Origin: Eledone cirrhosa
Lineage: Eukaryota
NCBI GenBank assembly: GCA_964016885.1
Contig: OZ024762.1
Location: 3,224,001 to 3,288,000 of the forward strand
DNA length: 64,000 nt
Direction: 5' to 3'
The notes beneath the pieces are model-generated. The model was given only the letters and a program-made list of their open reading frames with translations. It made no database searches and was not told the origin of the DNA. Shown in pieces: positions 1-12,904 of this stretch; positions within the stretch are counted from its first letter, which is position 1; each line of letters starts with the position of its first letter. The translations under genes were made by a program, and so were the position numbers.

Positions 1-21
1 TATATATATATATATACAGAA

Positions 22-101
<80 letters not shown>

Positions 102-248
102 TTCTGTATATATAAATGAGAAAACAACAACAAAATAAATAAATAAATATACAAACAAATATAGAAATAGATGAAAAATAGCAGACAGAGTCAGACACTA
201 CGAGGCAGATACGCGGACACCTGAAGATGAAAACATCTCTGATTGTAC

Positions 249-317
249 CTGTTTGGGAGGATAGAGAGAAGAAACCGTTGATTGATTTGGTAAAGGTTTC
301 ATGGTGTCAGGATTTTT
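249..317 (-). CDS. Candidate next exon of the minus-strand gene (KNPDTMKPLPNQSTVSSLYPPKQ)
   Basis: Long pyrimidine tract and ttcttcag acceptor, open in phase 0 after 9148. It ends either at donor CAG|gtacaa or reads through to TAG at 198-200. Confidence 0.45.
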
Positions 318-578
318 CTGAAGAAAGAAAAAGGAAAAAGAAAGCAAGACTTTGTTAGTTTATTAGTAATATTAGTAATGTTGGTTATTAGTATAACAAA
401 TACAGCACTTTCAGGCTGGAATTCTAGCATTTAAAACAGAGTAATTAGACCTCAAATCACAAAAGACTGCCCTTTTTGGGGACAGCAGAGATACTCACAT
501 AAGTACTGCCTGTGTAAGATCCTTGCCGAGACCCAACAGATGGTAGAAGACCCAGTAATTGATATTTACTTTGTAAAC

Positions 579-1139
579 CAGAGGTTCTCAAACTTTTGGG
601 ACCACCGCACCCCTCACAACCAATACCCCCTCAACACCCCCTAACCCTATGTCCAGAGTGACCTGTCTACATGCAAATTGTAAATCATATATAATAAATA
701 AAATCGTTAATTTATATATAATAAATAATATAATAAATTAGAAATAGAAGCTTTCGCCGTATTTTTGACTAAAGAAATTTTAAGCTGCTAGTGGGGTTTA
801 GAACCCTCTAAGAAATGAAAAAAGATGAGTATCGACATACATGTACGTCAATACTCATCTTTTTTCGTTTCTTAGGGGGTTTTAAACCCCACTAGCAGCC
901 TAAAATATCTCTAGTCAAAAATACAGCGAAAGCTTCTATTTCTAATTTCAAACTCGCTCGCTGTTTCAAAAACATAATATAATACATACTATGTATAAAT
1001 AAATATTATACATTTTCTTTATTTGGCTATATTTATATATATGTATCATTTGATATTTAATCTAGCATCTCTACCAGCGTCCCCTTGGACCTTCCCAACG
1101 CCCCCAGGGTGGCAGTAGAACCCACTTTGAGAACCTCTG
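579..1139. mobile_element. hAT(Charlie)-like non-autonomous element with an internal palindrome
   Basis: TIRs CAGAGGTTCTCAAA / TTTGAGAACCTCTG; no clear 8-bp TSD. Confidence 0.65.
735..948. repeat. 214-bp loopless imperfect palindrome centred on ACATGT
   Basis: The arms read as reverse complements, with symmetry at 841/842. Confidence 0.9.
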
Positions 1140-1548
1140 ATTTAGAAGGTTGAGGTTAAGAAGTAAATTAGTAGAATTTATAGAAAGATAAGAAAACTCA
1201 ACCCTAGAAGAGCTGTTAAAACAGCCAAATATGCCTCAGAGGACAGGTACCAGGGACAAGTGGACAAGTGGTCAGTAGAGAGACAACCCATGAGGTGGGT
1301 GACATTCTTTATATTAAATATATATGAATGAGGACACCGACGGCTGGCTATATGAGTCAGGACCCCGACAGCTGAGCCCCTGCCGTTTCAACAGCTGTTG
1401 AAACAGCAGGAGCTTAGCCGTCAGGGTCCTGACTCATTCATACAACCATACTCTACTACCCCAAGTATTGAGTACTCTGGTGAGTAATGGTCTAACCAGT
1501 TTCTTACTTCCACTCTTTCATGCTACACTCTCCCAAGGAAATTGGTTG

Positions 1549-1774
1549 TTAACCCTTTAACATTTAAACCGGTCATGTCCGGCCAGAATTCTCTCATCTC
1601 TTTCTGCCCAACCGGCTGTAATTGGCTCCTCATACTTACGTCAAAGTATTCTTCTCAAAATAAATAATATTAAAATCTCATATATTTGATATTATGTGAA
1701 ATAATTGTGAGATAAGGCCTTTACTACAAAAATACAATAGTATATATAGAGTAATGGAGATGCTAAAGGGTTAA
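1549..1774. mobile_element. TTAA-flanked piggyBac-like MITE; other copies at 7692-7907, 30654-31474, 36477-36742, 50026-50228, 55954-56347, ~58310-59702 and 62893-63210
   Basis: TTAA-CCCTTTAGCATTTA ... ATGCTAAAGGG-TTAA termini and a conserved body. Confidence 0.8.
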
Positions 1775-2192
1775 GACCTGAAGAGAGATGAGATCCATCA
1801 GGTTCAAAATGACCAAGAAACATTATATGTCTTATGAAGCCTCGACAACTCCGTCATAAGTTACAAGCACACACATACATATATATATTTGCACACACAC
1901 TCCAGACTATGTACTCTAACATGATACCCTGTCCAGGAGTCCAACACCCTTACCACTAAGCTACAAAGCTTCACTATAATATAGCACTACTTATTAAACC
2001 ACTACAAAGAAAGAAAAGTAAAAATCAACTTAAATATAATAAATCCAACAAGCTTTTCTAAAGAAATAATTAACCCTTTCATTACCATATTTGCAATGAA
2101 AGACACTGCCTATGGTTCCCAATTAATTTTTAAAATAAATAAATATTTGGGGTTATTTAATGATATAACTAAACATATTTTATAGGCAAAAT

Positions 2193-2499
2193 CAGAGGTC
2201 CCCGGCCATTGGGCTGCAGGCTGGTTCCAGTCCGTGGATCATTTGCTACCGGGCCACAAAGAAATAATTAACTTGCTTAAAATTATATAATAGATAAATT
2301 GAATATTGGACTTCAATTTTAAAAGATTTGTTTAAATATTAAATATTAAATATTCAACTACTCAATACACTTTTTCTTCCCTTTAATAAATTGCTCTCTT
2401 TACTGAAATACACTCAAATAACAGATATGTGCAACTACTGCTCCACGGATTGTCCTGCATGAAGCCTGTCCGTGGTATAAAAAAGGTTGACGACCACTG
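2193..2499. mobile_element. hAT-like MITE
   Basis: CAGAGGTCCCCG...GGTTGACGACCACTG termini resembling Charlie-type elements. Confidence 0.5.
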
Positions 2500-2846
2500 G
2501 GTTAAACCAACCAACAGGAGACCCAGGGGTAGAATCCCTGAGCAAGATGGTTGGATATCATCCATAAGGTCAGCAGGTCTTGCTTCAGCTGGATCAATTG
2601 GAGATGGTTGCTTCTGATAGGACCTGTGAGAAGGAATGTTTGAGGACTCTGGCTCCACGACACTTCCAGGAATAAGTGGGCAAAGAAGGTTTTTCATCAT
2701 AGAACCAAGGGCAGTTTCAAGGAATTTGGTAACAAAAGGGTTGTTTTTTTTAAACCAACAAAGCTTTCGTTAAGGTGGAAAGAAGCAGGTTAAAAAAAAA
2801 ATGTTAGTAATACAGCAGTAAATATTTCAGTTAAATTGTTAGTTTC

Positions 2847-3344
2847 TTAACCCTTAACATCCTGCAGTGATTTACCAGAAAATATCTGAAAATGGGTTTA
2901 TTAATTCAAATGTTTATAGTATCTTTGCAGGTGGACAGATAGATTGTTGCCTAAATTAGCTGCATTAGAGCAAAAACTTTAAGTTTTAATATGATTTTTC
3001 AAAAATGTCTTACTAATGCGGCTTGTTAATTCAAATGTTTATAGTATCTTCATTAGTGGACAAATCATTGTAAAAATTTGCAGTATTAGTGTAAAAGCTT
3101 TATTTATTAATGTGGTGTAGTTATAGTGCTGTTTTTGTAATTTTTAAGAATATCTTGTTAACGTGGTTTCATGTGGTTTGTTGACTCAAATGTTTATAGT
3201 ATTTTTATTAGTAGACAGCTTGCAGTGAAAATTTACAGTAAAGACTTGAATTTTTAATGTGATACAGTCATAGTTCTATTTTATAATTTTTCAAGAATGT
3301 CTTTGCTAATGCATTCTTATTCAGTACAGGATGTTATGAGTTAA
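2847..3344. mobile_element. Second TTAA-flanked MITE with internal repeats; related interrupted copy at ~8147-9080
   Basis: TTAACCCTTAACATCCTG ... CAGGATGTTATGAGTTAA. Confidence 0.6.
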
Positions 3345-3987
3345 TGTAAAAATTTAATAAAATTTAGTAGGAAAGTTAAGAGTTAAAATTTTAAAAAAAA
3401 AGGGTGGGATTTGCTTTTTGTTACATTGTTGGAAAACTCACACAATACTAATCAAGGCAGTTAGGACATCTCTCTTGAAAATATCTGTAGAAAGAGATTT
3501 TTTATGACATAATGTGTTAAATGTAAGTATTTATATCAGTAGCATACCACATACACTAATGTTACTAATGTAAAAATTGTTTTAAAAATATTTTTTATGT
3601 TATATTTATGGGGGCAAATATTTCAAAGGGCTAAATATCATACTACGATAAAAAATTAAAAAATAAATAAATAAATAAAAATAAAAATATTTTTAATAAA
3701 TAAAAAAATTTTTTTTAATTATGACAATCTATTAAATGATGTAAGTATTTATCAGTTGCATCTACATTTATTAATTGTTTCTACTTTTAGCACAAGGCCA
3801 GCGTATTACTGCGTATTACAAACCCAGTGTATTACTGGTACTTTATTTTATCGACATACATTTATTAATCTTACTAAGTTAAATATTTTAAAACTATTTT
3901 ATGTTATATCTACAGGGTCAATTATTATTATATTGATATTACATTCGAGGGCTGAAATATAATCATATATTACATGCTGTATATATA

Positions 3988-4150
3988 CAGTGAAATTCTG
4001 TTAAAACGAAATTCCCGAGGTATAAAAAAAGATTTGTTGTCATGAAAAATTCTTTATAACGAGATATTGACCTAACAAATCAAGCATGTGGCCCGGGGAT
4101 TGAAAAAAAATTTCATTATGCTGAAAAATTTGTTATAACAGAATTTTACG
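3988..4150. mobile_element. pogo/Tigger-like MITE
   Basis: TA-CAGTGAAATTCTGTTAAAACGAA ... TTTGTTATAACAGAATTTTACG-TA inverted ends. Confidence 0.55.
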
Positions 4151-4549
4151 TATATTGCATACTTTGCATCGTTACTGGAGTACATTGCATAATTATTTTG
4201 TTATAAAAATAGCCATCACATATTTCATGATTATCATCACATATTGCATACTTTTTCATAGACATTCCATATTATCATTACACATTGCATAATCATCATT
4301 ACACAGTTATCGCATATTACATAATTTTCTGCAAATATTTAACAAACATTCTATAGACAATAAACACTGGATATCATCTATACATTAAATATATACACAC
4401 CCACACACACAAATACGCATATTCCTTCCATATACTGTACCGATTGTATTGTTATTTCTGTTTACCTTTTACACACACACACATATATATATATATACAT
4501 GCACATACACATATATATATGTATACACACACATATGTAAACATATATA

Positions 4550-4650
4550 CAGGGTGTCCACAAAAAAATGGATACACACTTCAACAGCATTCTAATAAAT
4601 ATTGCCTGTATAGGTAATCAAAGTGAGTATACATTTTTAGGGACAACCTG
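4550..4650. mobile_element. ~90-100 bp Tc1/mariner-type MITE; other copies at 10940-11041, 15920-15993, 17983-18068, 21500-21590 and partial 38693-38756
   Basis: CAGGGTGTCC..AATGTATACACACTT TIRs, shared core ttcaacagcattctaataa, TA/TG-repeat flanks. Confidence 0.8.
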
Positions 4651-4662
4651 TGTGTGTGTGTG

Positions 4663-4702
<40 letters not shown>

Positions 4703-4807
4703 ACCGAGAAAGGTAGACCACATTGAATATATGTATGTGTGTATGTATATATATATATATATATAAATTCAAATATTAACAAAATAGATATTCTTGTGAT
4801 CAATTAA

Positions 4808-4873
4808 ATTTTATTATACATATTTCAGAGGTACTTGAATCAAATTCAACAGTACATCCTCATCAGATAAAAT
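4808..4873 (-). ncRNA. Type I hammerhead ribozyme motif
   Basis: ATTTTAT-CTGATGA-helix II (GGATGTAC..GTACCTCT with inner TTGAAT/ATTCAA)-GAAA-TATGTA-TA-ATAAAAT. Confidence 0.75.
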
Positions 4874-5068
4874 AAAATGATACATGACATACCCTGACAT
4901 GTTAGATGATTAAGATTTAATCAAGGTAGTATATATATCTCTAGGGAGTTTAATCCAAGTAAGCACTCGATGCGTAGTTTCCCATCTATAACGAGGTGTA
5001 GAACTAAACAGAGTGTAAATATAATGATAAAAGGACAAATTGTTAAGCCTTCATTACGTTTATTGATT

Positions 5069-5153
5069 GGTGACGTGCGTTTCGCTATTGATCAGTTCGA
5101 GGTTCGATCTGTATTGATCTGGCCCAACACTGGAATCAAAAGCTTATCAGACC
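5069..5153 (-). ncRNA. Type I hammerhead motif with extended helix II; core G8A, probably inactive
   Basis: GGT-CTGATAA-GCTTTTGAT...ATCAATAGC-GAAA-CGCACG-TC-ACC; paralogue of 27510-27601. Confidence 0.65.
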
Positions 5154-5715
5154 TCAACTCAGTAAACGTAATTAAGACATAATAATTCGACCTTTTACTA
5201 TTTGCGAGGTTGTGAGTTCGATTCTCGGACCGGGCGATGCGTTATGTCCTTGAGCAAAACACTTTATTTCACATTGCTCCTTCTACCTGGAGTTGCGACC
5301 GATAAACAGTATTAGCAATTGGAAAGACAAACAGAAACATTGTTTCCTCGGTCCGATTTGACGAAAGTCGATCGACATATATATGTATATATACACACAC
5401 TGACTGACCAATAATTGCTAACAACAATTAAATTTGAGTGAGACATGAAAAACTAATCAAAACACTTAGGTTGTCATGAACCACCCTCAGTTCCCACCTC
5501 CCTTCCCCACACCTTTAACCACCCACTCCCTCTTTTAAGTTTAACTGTGCCCCTCCCCCCTCGTATTATTTTCCCACCAAGACTAAATTAACTCCTCCTC
5601 TATAGACTTGTAGTGTACATTGTGTAATTACTGTTTTGATTACTGATTGCTGCGACAGTCTTCTACAGTCATCTCTCTCTATCTCTCTCTCTCTATATAT
5701 ATATAATATATATAA

Positions 5716-5746
<31 letters not shown>

Positions 5747-5858
5747 GATAGACATGTATATACATAACAGACATGACATGTATATATACAGTCATGTACA
5801 CAGGCATATATATATATATATAGTCATGTATATACATACATGTTTTATAAATTATATT

Positions 5859-5890
<32 letters not shown>

Positions 5891-5980
5891 TACAAAACAA
5901 AAATATAATCTATCTATAAATCTATAGATAGATTATATCTTTGTTTTTAAAATCCACTGTCAATAAATACACCAGGATTT

Positions 5981-6041
5981 TTTCATTCTGATGACTGAAA
6001 GCAAATTTTGTTTGCTTTCAAGAAACCACTGGTAAATGAAA
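5981..6041 (+). ncRNA. Type I hammerhead ribozyme motif
   Basis: TTTCATT-CTGATGA-C-TGAAAGCAAA-ttttg-TTTGCTTTCA-A-GAAA-CCACTGG-TA-AATGAAA (7-bp helix I, 10-bp helix II, GUA site). Confidence 0.8.
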
Positions 6042-6144
6042 TAATTATCTTATGTTATTTATTACATAACTAATAAGCTCTGTAACCTACATTGAGCACT
6101 CTTTTTTCCTGAACCTTTCCGACAGAATTACTTCATTCACACAC

Positions 6145-6218
<74 letters not shown>

Positions 6219-7413
6219 CAATTAATCCCATGTTTAATGTTCAGACATTAAACTACACGCACCCCTAATTACAGTCATATATACAGACACACACTAAGTA
6301 GCCTACTATTTAATGTATAGACATTAAACTCTACAGACACTACTATTTATCTAAATATATATACAGACACACACGAAACAGCCCAATGTTTAATGTATAG
6401 ACATTAAACTGTACACACACCACTAATTATCTTAGTATAATGTTAATGTTTAAAATGCTTTCTTCTTGTTTCTTTAGTGGTAAGAGATTCCCAGAAGAGC
6501 TGGACAGCAGGTCTTCAGAGGAGAAACCCCCACCTTAAGCATGTGCACAGGCCCTTATATGGTACATATGTGTATAATTATAGTTACAGATGGTACAATC
6601 TGAACTTCATTCCTGCTTGCTTGTATCATTATATAGTGGTGGACCAGGTGTTTTTTGTCATGTCACCAAAGCAACTACTTTACAGGGTGGACAGGGTGCT
6701 ATATATACATACACTGTAAAGTGGTCATGATGGCAACACGACAAAAAAAGCTCAGCCCACACTGGAAAATGGTCGCATAAGTATCATGACAAAAGAGCAT
6801 CCAGTCCACACTGTAAAGTGGTCATGTAGGTGTGATAACAAAAAGCACCCAGCCCACTCTGTAAAGTGGTCATGTAGGCAAAAGAGCACCCCAGTACTAG
6901 CTGTAAACAAGGTTGGCGTTAGGAAAGGCATCCAGCTGCAGAAACCAAGCTAAAATCAGTTCTGAATGAACAAGACATGGTCACCCGACCTGGCATTGCT
7001 CACAACAGGGCAACTTGTTTAAAGCATGCTGGCTTGGCAGCCACAGTCAGGATTTTACATATCTCTATACATACACTGCATCATCATCATCATCATACGT
7101 CCGCTTTTCCCTGCTTGCAAGGGTGGGACGGGAACTGATTCTGGCTTGATTTCTACAGCTGGATGCCCTTCCTAACACCAACCTCATTTACAGTGAGTGC
7201 TGGGTGCTTTTTTGCCGTGGCACCTCCACGACCACTTTGCAGTGGAATGATAGGGACCCCAGTTCCTATCATCTCATTTCTACAGCTGAGTAAACTGGAG
7301 CAATGTGAAATAAAGTGTCTTGCTCAAGGAAACAACACATCACCCGGTCTGAGAATTGAACTCACAACCTTTCGATTGCAAGGCCAATGCTCTAACCACT
7401 AAGCCATGTGCCT

Positions 7414-7468
<55 letters not shown>

Positions 7469-7489
7469 CACACACACACATATATGTAC

Positions 7490-7522
<33 letters not shown>

Positions 7523-9147
7523 CTGCGGCATCATGTCACCAAAGTAGGACACTTAATTCCAAGTTGAGGAGAGCCTCAACACAGCAACTAGATTTTCTAG
7601 AAATAAGAGTCAAAATCCTTCTCAAGTCACACCAAACTATCTTTAAAAAAGAAGCACCTATTGGATAATGCAATAATAAAAACAATATGCTTTAACCCTT
7701 TAGCATTTAAACCGGCTGTATCCGGTCAGAATTCTCTCACCTCTTTCTCTTCAAACCAGCTGGAGGTGCCAACTCATACTGATGTTAAGGTATTGTTCTT
7801 AAATTGAATAATATTAAAATCTCATAGATTCGATATTATGTGAGGTAAAGCCTTTACCACAAAAATAAAATAGTAAATATAGAGTAATGTAAATGCTAAA
7901 GGATTAAAAAATGACACATTGGATAATGCAATGGTAGATACAATATGCTTTAAAAAAAGACTGGATAATCATGACTGGATCTGGATCAGAGTTAACTATG
8001 GGTTAAATAAGATAAACAACTAAATTTTACAATATCTCAGTTTATGTAACTGCAAGGATTAATAGGTAGAATAAATAGCAGAACTCTCTGGGAAAGGAGG
8101 AATAGAAAAAGGGGAGATAAGCAGAAATAACATAGGAGAGGTAAAATTAACTTTTAACATTCTGTATTTAGCAGAAAATATCTAAAAATGTTATGCTAAA
8201 AATAATGTTACATTAGCATGGTTGTTAATTAACGTCCTCTAATGATTTAGCAGAAAATATTTTAAAGCTGGGTTTTTTAATTCAAATGTTTATATCTTTA
8301 TTTGTGAAAATTTGAAGTATTAGAATAAAGACTTTAATTTTTAATGTGATGCAGTAAATTATGCGAAAAATAATGTCGCATATGCATAGTTATTAATTTT
8401 TAACATTCTCTAATGATTCAGCAGAAAATATTTTTTTATGAGTTTCTTAATTCAAATGTTTATAGTATCTTTGAGTTCAACTTTGCCTTTCATCGATTTG
8501 AGGTCGATAAAAAAAAGTACCAGTTTAGCACTGGTGTCGAATATTCCTCTATATCTCTTTCTCATTTCCATTCTCTCATCCTCTATATCCTTCTCTGAAA
8601 GAGAAACTAGGCATAAGAGGAATCTGATGCAGTGTGCAAGAGAGGAGATTGTGTTGGTATGGATATGTGATGTGTATGAAAGATGAGAGCTGTATATAAA
8701 GGTTCAGAGCGCTCCAAGTCGATGGAAGCCTTGGAGTGGAGAGACCCAAGAAGACTTGGGATGAAGTAATAAAAGCTGACCTTGCTCAAATGTACCTCTC
8801 AAACACGATGACACAAAACCGGGATTCCTGGAGAGGGGATGGGCTCTACCAGGTTAAAAAATGCCCTTGAAATGCTGTATGTCAATGCAGCACCCCTAAA
8901 GATCCTCTCAAGAGTTACAGGACCATACATACTATCTTTACAAATTGAAAAACCGTTGTGAAAAACTTTGCAGCAAAAGGCTTAAATTTGTTTATGATAT
9001 ACAGTCTTAATATTGTTTTGTACTTTTCAAGAATGTCTCAATAATGCATCTTCATGCAATACAGGATGTTAAAAGTTAAATAAATATTAAAAAAATATAA
9101 TTAAAATTAATGTAATTTACTAAAAAAAAAAATAATTAAAGCCTTAC

Positions 9148-9198
9148 CGATATGTGGTGGTAATTCACCCAGTCAAGGTGTAATCCAGAGCTGTCCAT
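9148..9198 (-). CDS. First coding segment (MDSSGLHLDWVNYHHIS) of an unidentified minus-strand gene; exon spans 9148-9300
   Basis: Minus strand: tttttcag acceptor at 9301, GAAAATGG start context, TCG|gtaagg donor; unique sequence surrounded by repeats. Confidence 0.5.
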
Positions 9199-10342
9199 TT
9201 TCTTCTAGGCGGAGAACATTCAAAAGGATTCAGGTTTTAATTTGAAATATCAATACAAGGTAATCCCTATTGTTAACAGGTTCATTGGTTCATACAGAAA
9301 CTGAAAAATAAATTAACATATATATATATATATATCTTCAGATAATATACTTGTTAATAAATACACGCTTACATACATATCAGTTAAATAATTTACACAC
9401 ACACGTTAAAATTTAATCATGCACTCACAAATCCACACATCTCACGGACATACGCTAACACTGCCACATACTTTACACACACATATACAGTACACATTTA
9501 CCCACACATACATGTCCACTACCACAGGAACATATGCATACACACACTACCTTTGATACTTTATGTCTACACGTGTATGTATGTGTACATGTGTTTCTAT
9601 GTGTCTACATGTGTGTACATGTTTCTGTGAGTGTGCAGGGGTGGGGTTGAATATATATCCACTCTTAATAAACAACATTTACTGTGGGGGAGGAAGGTCA
9701 CACCAGAAGAACTTTTAATGGTTGGGTCCATTCTTTGGAGAATGGTAGGAAAGGGAGAGAGAGGAGAATGGGGAGGGAGAGAAAAGAGAGAGAGTAAATG
9801 GGAGAGGAGGGAGAGTAAATGGGAGAGGAGGGAGAGTAAATGGGAGAGAAAGAGAAAAGAAATGGGAGAGAGAATGGCAAAAGAGTGAGTGAAAAATGAC
9901 CAAATACAATATAGGAAAAGATATGAAATTATGTGAGTGAGAGTGAGAGTGTGTGATAGTGTGGGTTAGAGAGAGAGTAAGAGAGATTGAAAAGTGTAAT
10001 AGAAAAAGTATGAGAGAAACTGTGTGTGTGATAGAGAGATTGAGAGAGTAAGAGAGACTAAGAGAGAAAGAGAGACTAAGAGAGAGATTGAGAGACTAAG
10101 AGAGATTGAGAGAGTAAGAGTGAGATTGAGAGAGTAAGAGAGATTGAGAGAGATTGAGAGAGAAAGAGAGAGTAAGAGAGAAATGAGGTCAGCAAATATT
10201 TCTGATGTCTCATGGCAAATTTTTGCTAAATTTAACTCTGAACATTTTTACCAGTCTTGGAGACACAAGACTTAAACACACACAAACTAGTTAATAAGTG
10301 AAACAAACAAAACACAGGAGGCAATTTTACAGACAGACAGAC

Positions 10343-10407
<65 letters not shown>

Positions 10408-10579
10408 GCGAGAGAGAGAGGGAGAGAGAGACTGCCCACCACCACCACCACCACTCCTCCTCTCCCCAACCACACATTTATTCCACTCAAGAACAGATGG
10501 AAGACAAACATATTCTCTAGATATGTCTAAGTTAATGTCAGGACTGAAAGATTGACATCATTTATAGTGGGTGGGTGGG

Positions 10580-10890
10580 GGGTGACGAGGATGGTGGTGG
10601 TGATGATGGTACTTGTAGTGGTGATTAGAGGTGGTGATGATAGCAGTGGTGTTGTTGATGATGGTGGTAATGGGGATGATGATAGTAATGGTAGTGGTGG
10701 TGGTGGTGGTGGTGGTGGTGGTGGTAGTGATGGTGAAGATGGGGGTGGAACGATGGTGGTGGTGGCTGCTGTGATGGTGATCATGATGGTGGTGGTGATG
10801 ATCATGATGGTGGTGGTGATGATCATGGTGATGATCATGGTGGTGATGATCATGATGGTGGTGGTGATGGTTGTGATGGTGATGGCAGTA
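10580..10890. repeat. (GGT/GAT)n low-complexity tract, representative of many (TA)n, (CA)n, (GA)n, (CAT)n and (AGT)n microsatellites
   Basis: Seen directly; such tracts explain most ORFs in the six-frame track. Confidence 0.9.
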
Positions 10891-12536
10891 GATAAGAATG
10901 TCTAAAAAGCTGCCAGGTTAAATATATATATAATATATACAAGGTGTCCCCCAAAAAATGTATACACACTTCAACAACATTCTAATAAACATTACCTGTA
11001 CAGGTAATCAAAGTGTGTATACATTTTGGGGGGACACCCTATATATATATATATATAAATATATATATATTCTCATAGTGTATATTATCAGACAGGACTC
11101 CCATTGCTTTGGTATGAAGCCAACCTGTCAAGTAATAAGAATGCAGACAACACCTATGTGTGGCTGGTGTGGGATTCTTTAGTCAAAGTGTGTGTGTGTG
11201 TGTGTGTGTACGAATGTATGTATATGTGTGTATGTGTGTGTACGTGTACATGCATGAATATGCATGAATGTGTGCGTGTGAGTGTACATGTCTGAACGCA
11301 TGTGTGTGAGTGAGTGTGAGTATATGCAAAAATCATGCATGTGTGTGAGTATGTTCAGAAATCATGCATGTGTGTGTATATGTACAAATGCATGCATATG
11401 TGTGTGAGTGTGTGAGTGTGTGCATGAATGCATTATTTTTTTCTAATCAATTGACAAGATCCCAGACTTCATTGGCTTATCAAGTGGGGTGGAACTTGTC
11501 AGATCGGACCAAGGAGACAATGTTTCCATTGGTCTTTCCATTGCTGATACTATGTACCAGTGACAACTCCTGGCAGAAAGAGCAGTGTGAAATATGTCTT
11601 GCTCAAGGATATAATGTATCTCCTGGTCTGGGAATTGAACTCACAACCTGGTGGTGGTGGTGATAGTGATCACCACTATCACCACCACCAGCGCCACTAC
11701 TACCATCATTATCTCCACTCTCACCACCACCATCATTATCTTCACTCTCACAACCATTATTACCACTGTCACCACCACCACTCCTACCATCATTAGTGAT
11801 AATGATGGTAGGAGTGGTGCTGGTGGTGGTGGTGGTGGTAGTAGTGGTGACAGTGGTAATAATGGTGGTGGTAAAGGTGACAGTAGTGGTGCTGCCTCTA
11901 AAAGATCATTATCAATTGTTTTGTTTTCTATTACAGATGCAAGATCAATATTGAAGTGTGTGAGAGAGAGAGAGAGAGAGGGAGGGAGTAAGAGAGTGTG
12001 TGAGATAGAGGGAGTAAGAGTGTGTGTATGAGGGAGGGAGAAAGAGATTGAGAGTGTGAGAGGGGAGTAAGGGAGTGTGTGTGTGAAAGAGAGAGTAAGA
12101 TGTGTGTGAGATAGAGGGCGTAAGAGTGTGAGAGAGGGGAGTAAGGGAGTGTGTGTGTGAGGGGAGTAAGGGAGTGTGTGTGTGTGAGGGGAGTAAGGGA
12201 GTGTGTGTGTGAGGGGAGTAAGGAAGTGTGTGTATGAGGGGAGTAAGGAAGTGTGTGTGAGGGGAGTAAGGGAGTGTGTGTGTGAGAGGGGGGAGTAAGG
12301 GAGTGTGTGTGTGAGAGAAAGAAAGAGCAAAGCAACAATAATAAAGAGAAAGTAGTAAATAAAGGATTGGTTAATGAATGGAGGAAGGGGCAGATAATTG
12401 ACTGACATATGTCAGATATAATAGAGAAATGATGAGGGACTGGGTTATTACAGATTTACAGTAATATACTGCAGGGTACTCTGCCATATCTCTCTCTCTC
12501 TCTCTCTCTGTATATATACTGCTGTGTACAGTGTCA

Positions 12537-12598
<62 letters not shown>

Positions 12599-12683
12599 AA
12601 TGTGAAAACTAAAACCCAAAGAGGGCTCGATAAGGATAAATATATATCAAATATATAAGAACCTTAATCTGTTATTTTAATAA

Positions 12684-12729
<46 letters not shown>

Positions 12730-12904
12730 TACTGGGTACTCTCTGTCATCTCTCTCTCTGTATGTATGTATGTGTGTATAAATAAATATATATATATATA
12801 TATACAATCCTTATCGAGCCCTCGTTAGATTTTGGTCTTTGTAATTATTATTATTAGTATTATTATACATATCTAATATAATAATATACAATAATCAGAA
12901 AAGC

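Noticed and set aside
6477-6570. Exon-like block after a pyrimidine tract on the + strand
   Set aside because: It resembles 19077-19130, so it is probably a repeat fragment, and there are no partner exons.
7340-7415. tRNA-like sequences (also ~5195-5240 and ~36750-36820)
   Set aside because: These are SINE heads with A/B boxes running into SINE body, with no complete cloverleaf.
10527-12408. Long ORFs (108-255 aa) rich in T/I/V/H/P
   Set aside because: They are translations of (GGT/GAT)n, (CAC)n and (GA/GT)n microsatellites, with no domain or splice support.
12621-12662. CTCGATAAGGATA...TATCAAATATATAAG hammerhead-like trace, with a 17-bp inverted copy at 12807-12823
   Set aside because: Too many core deviations to call.
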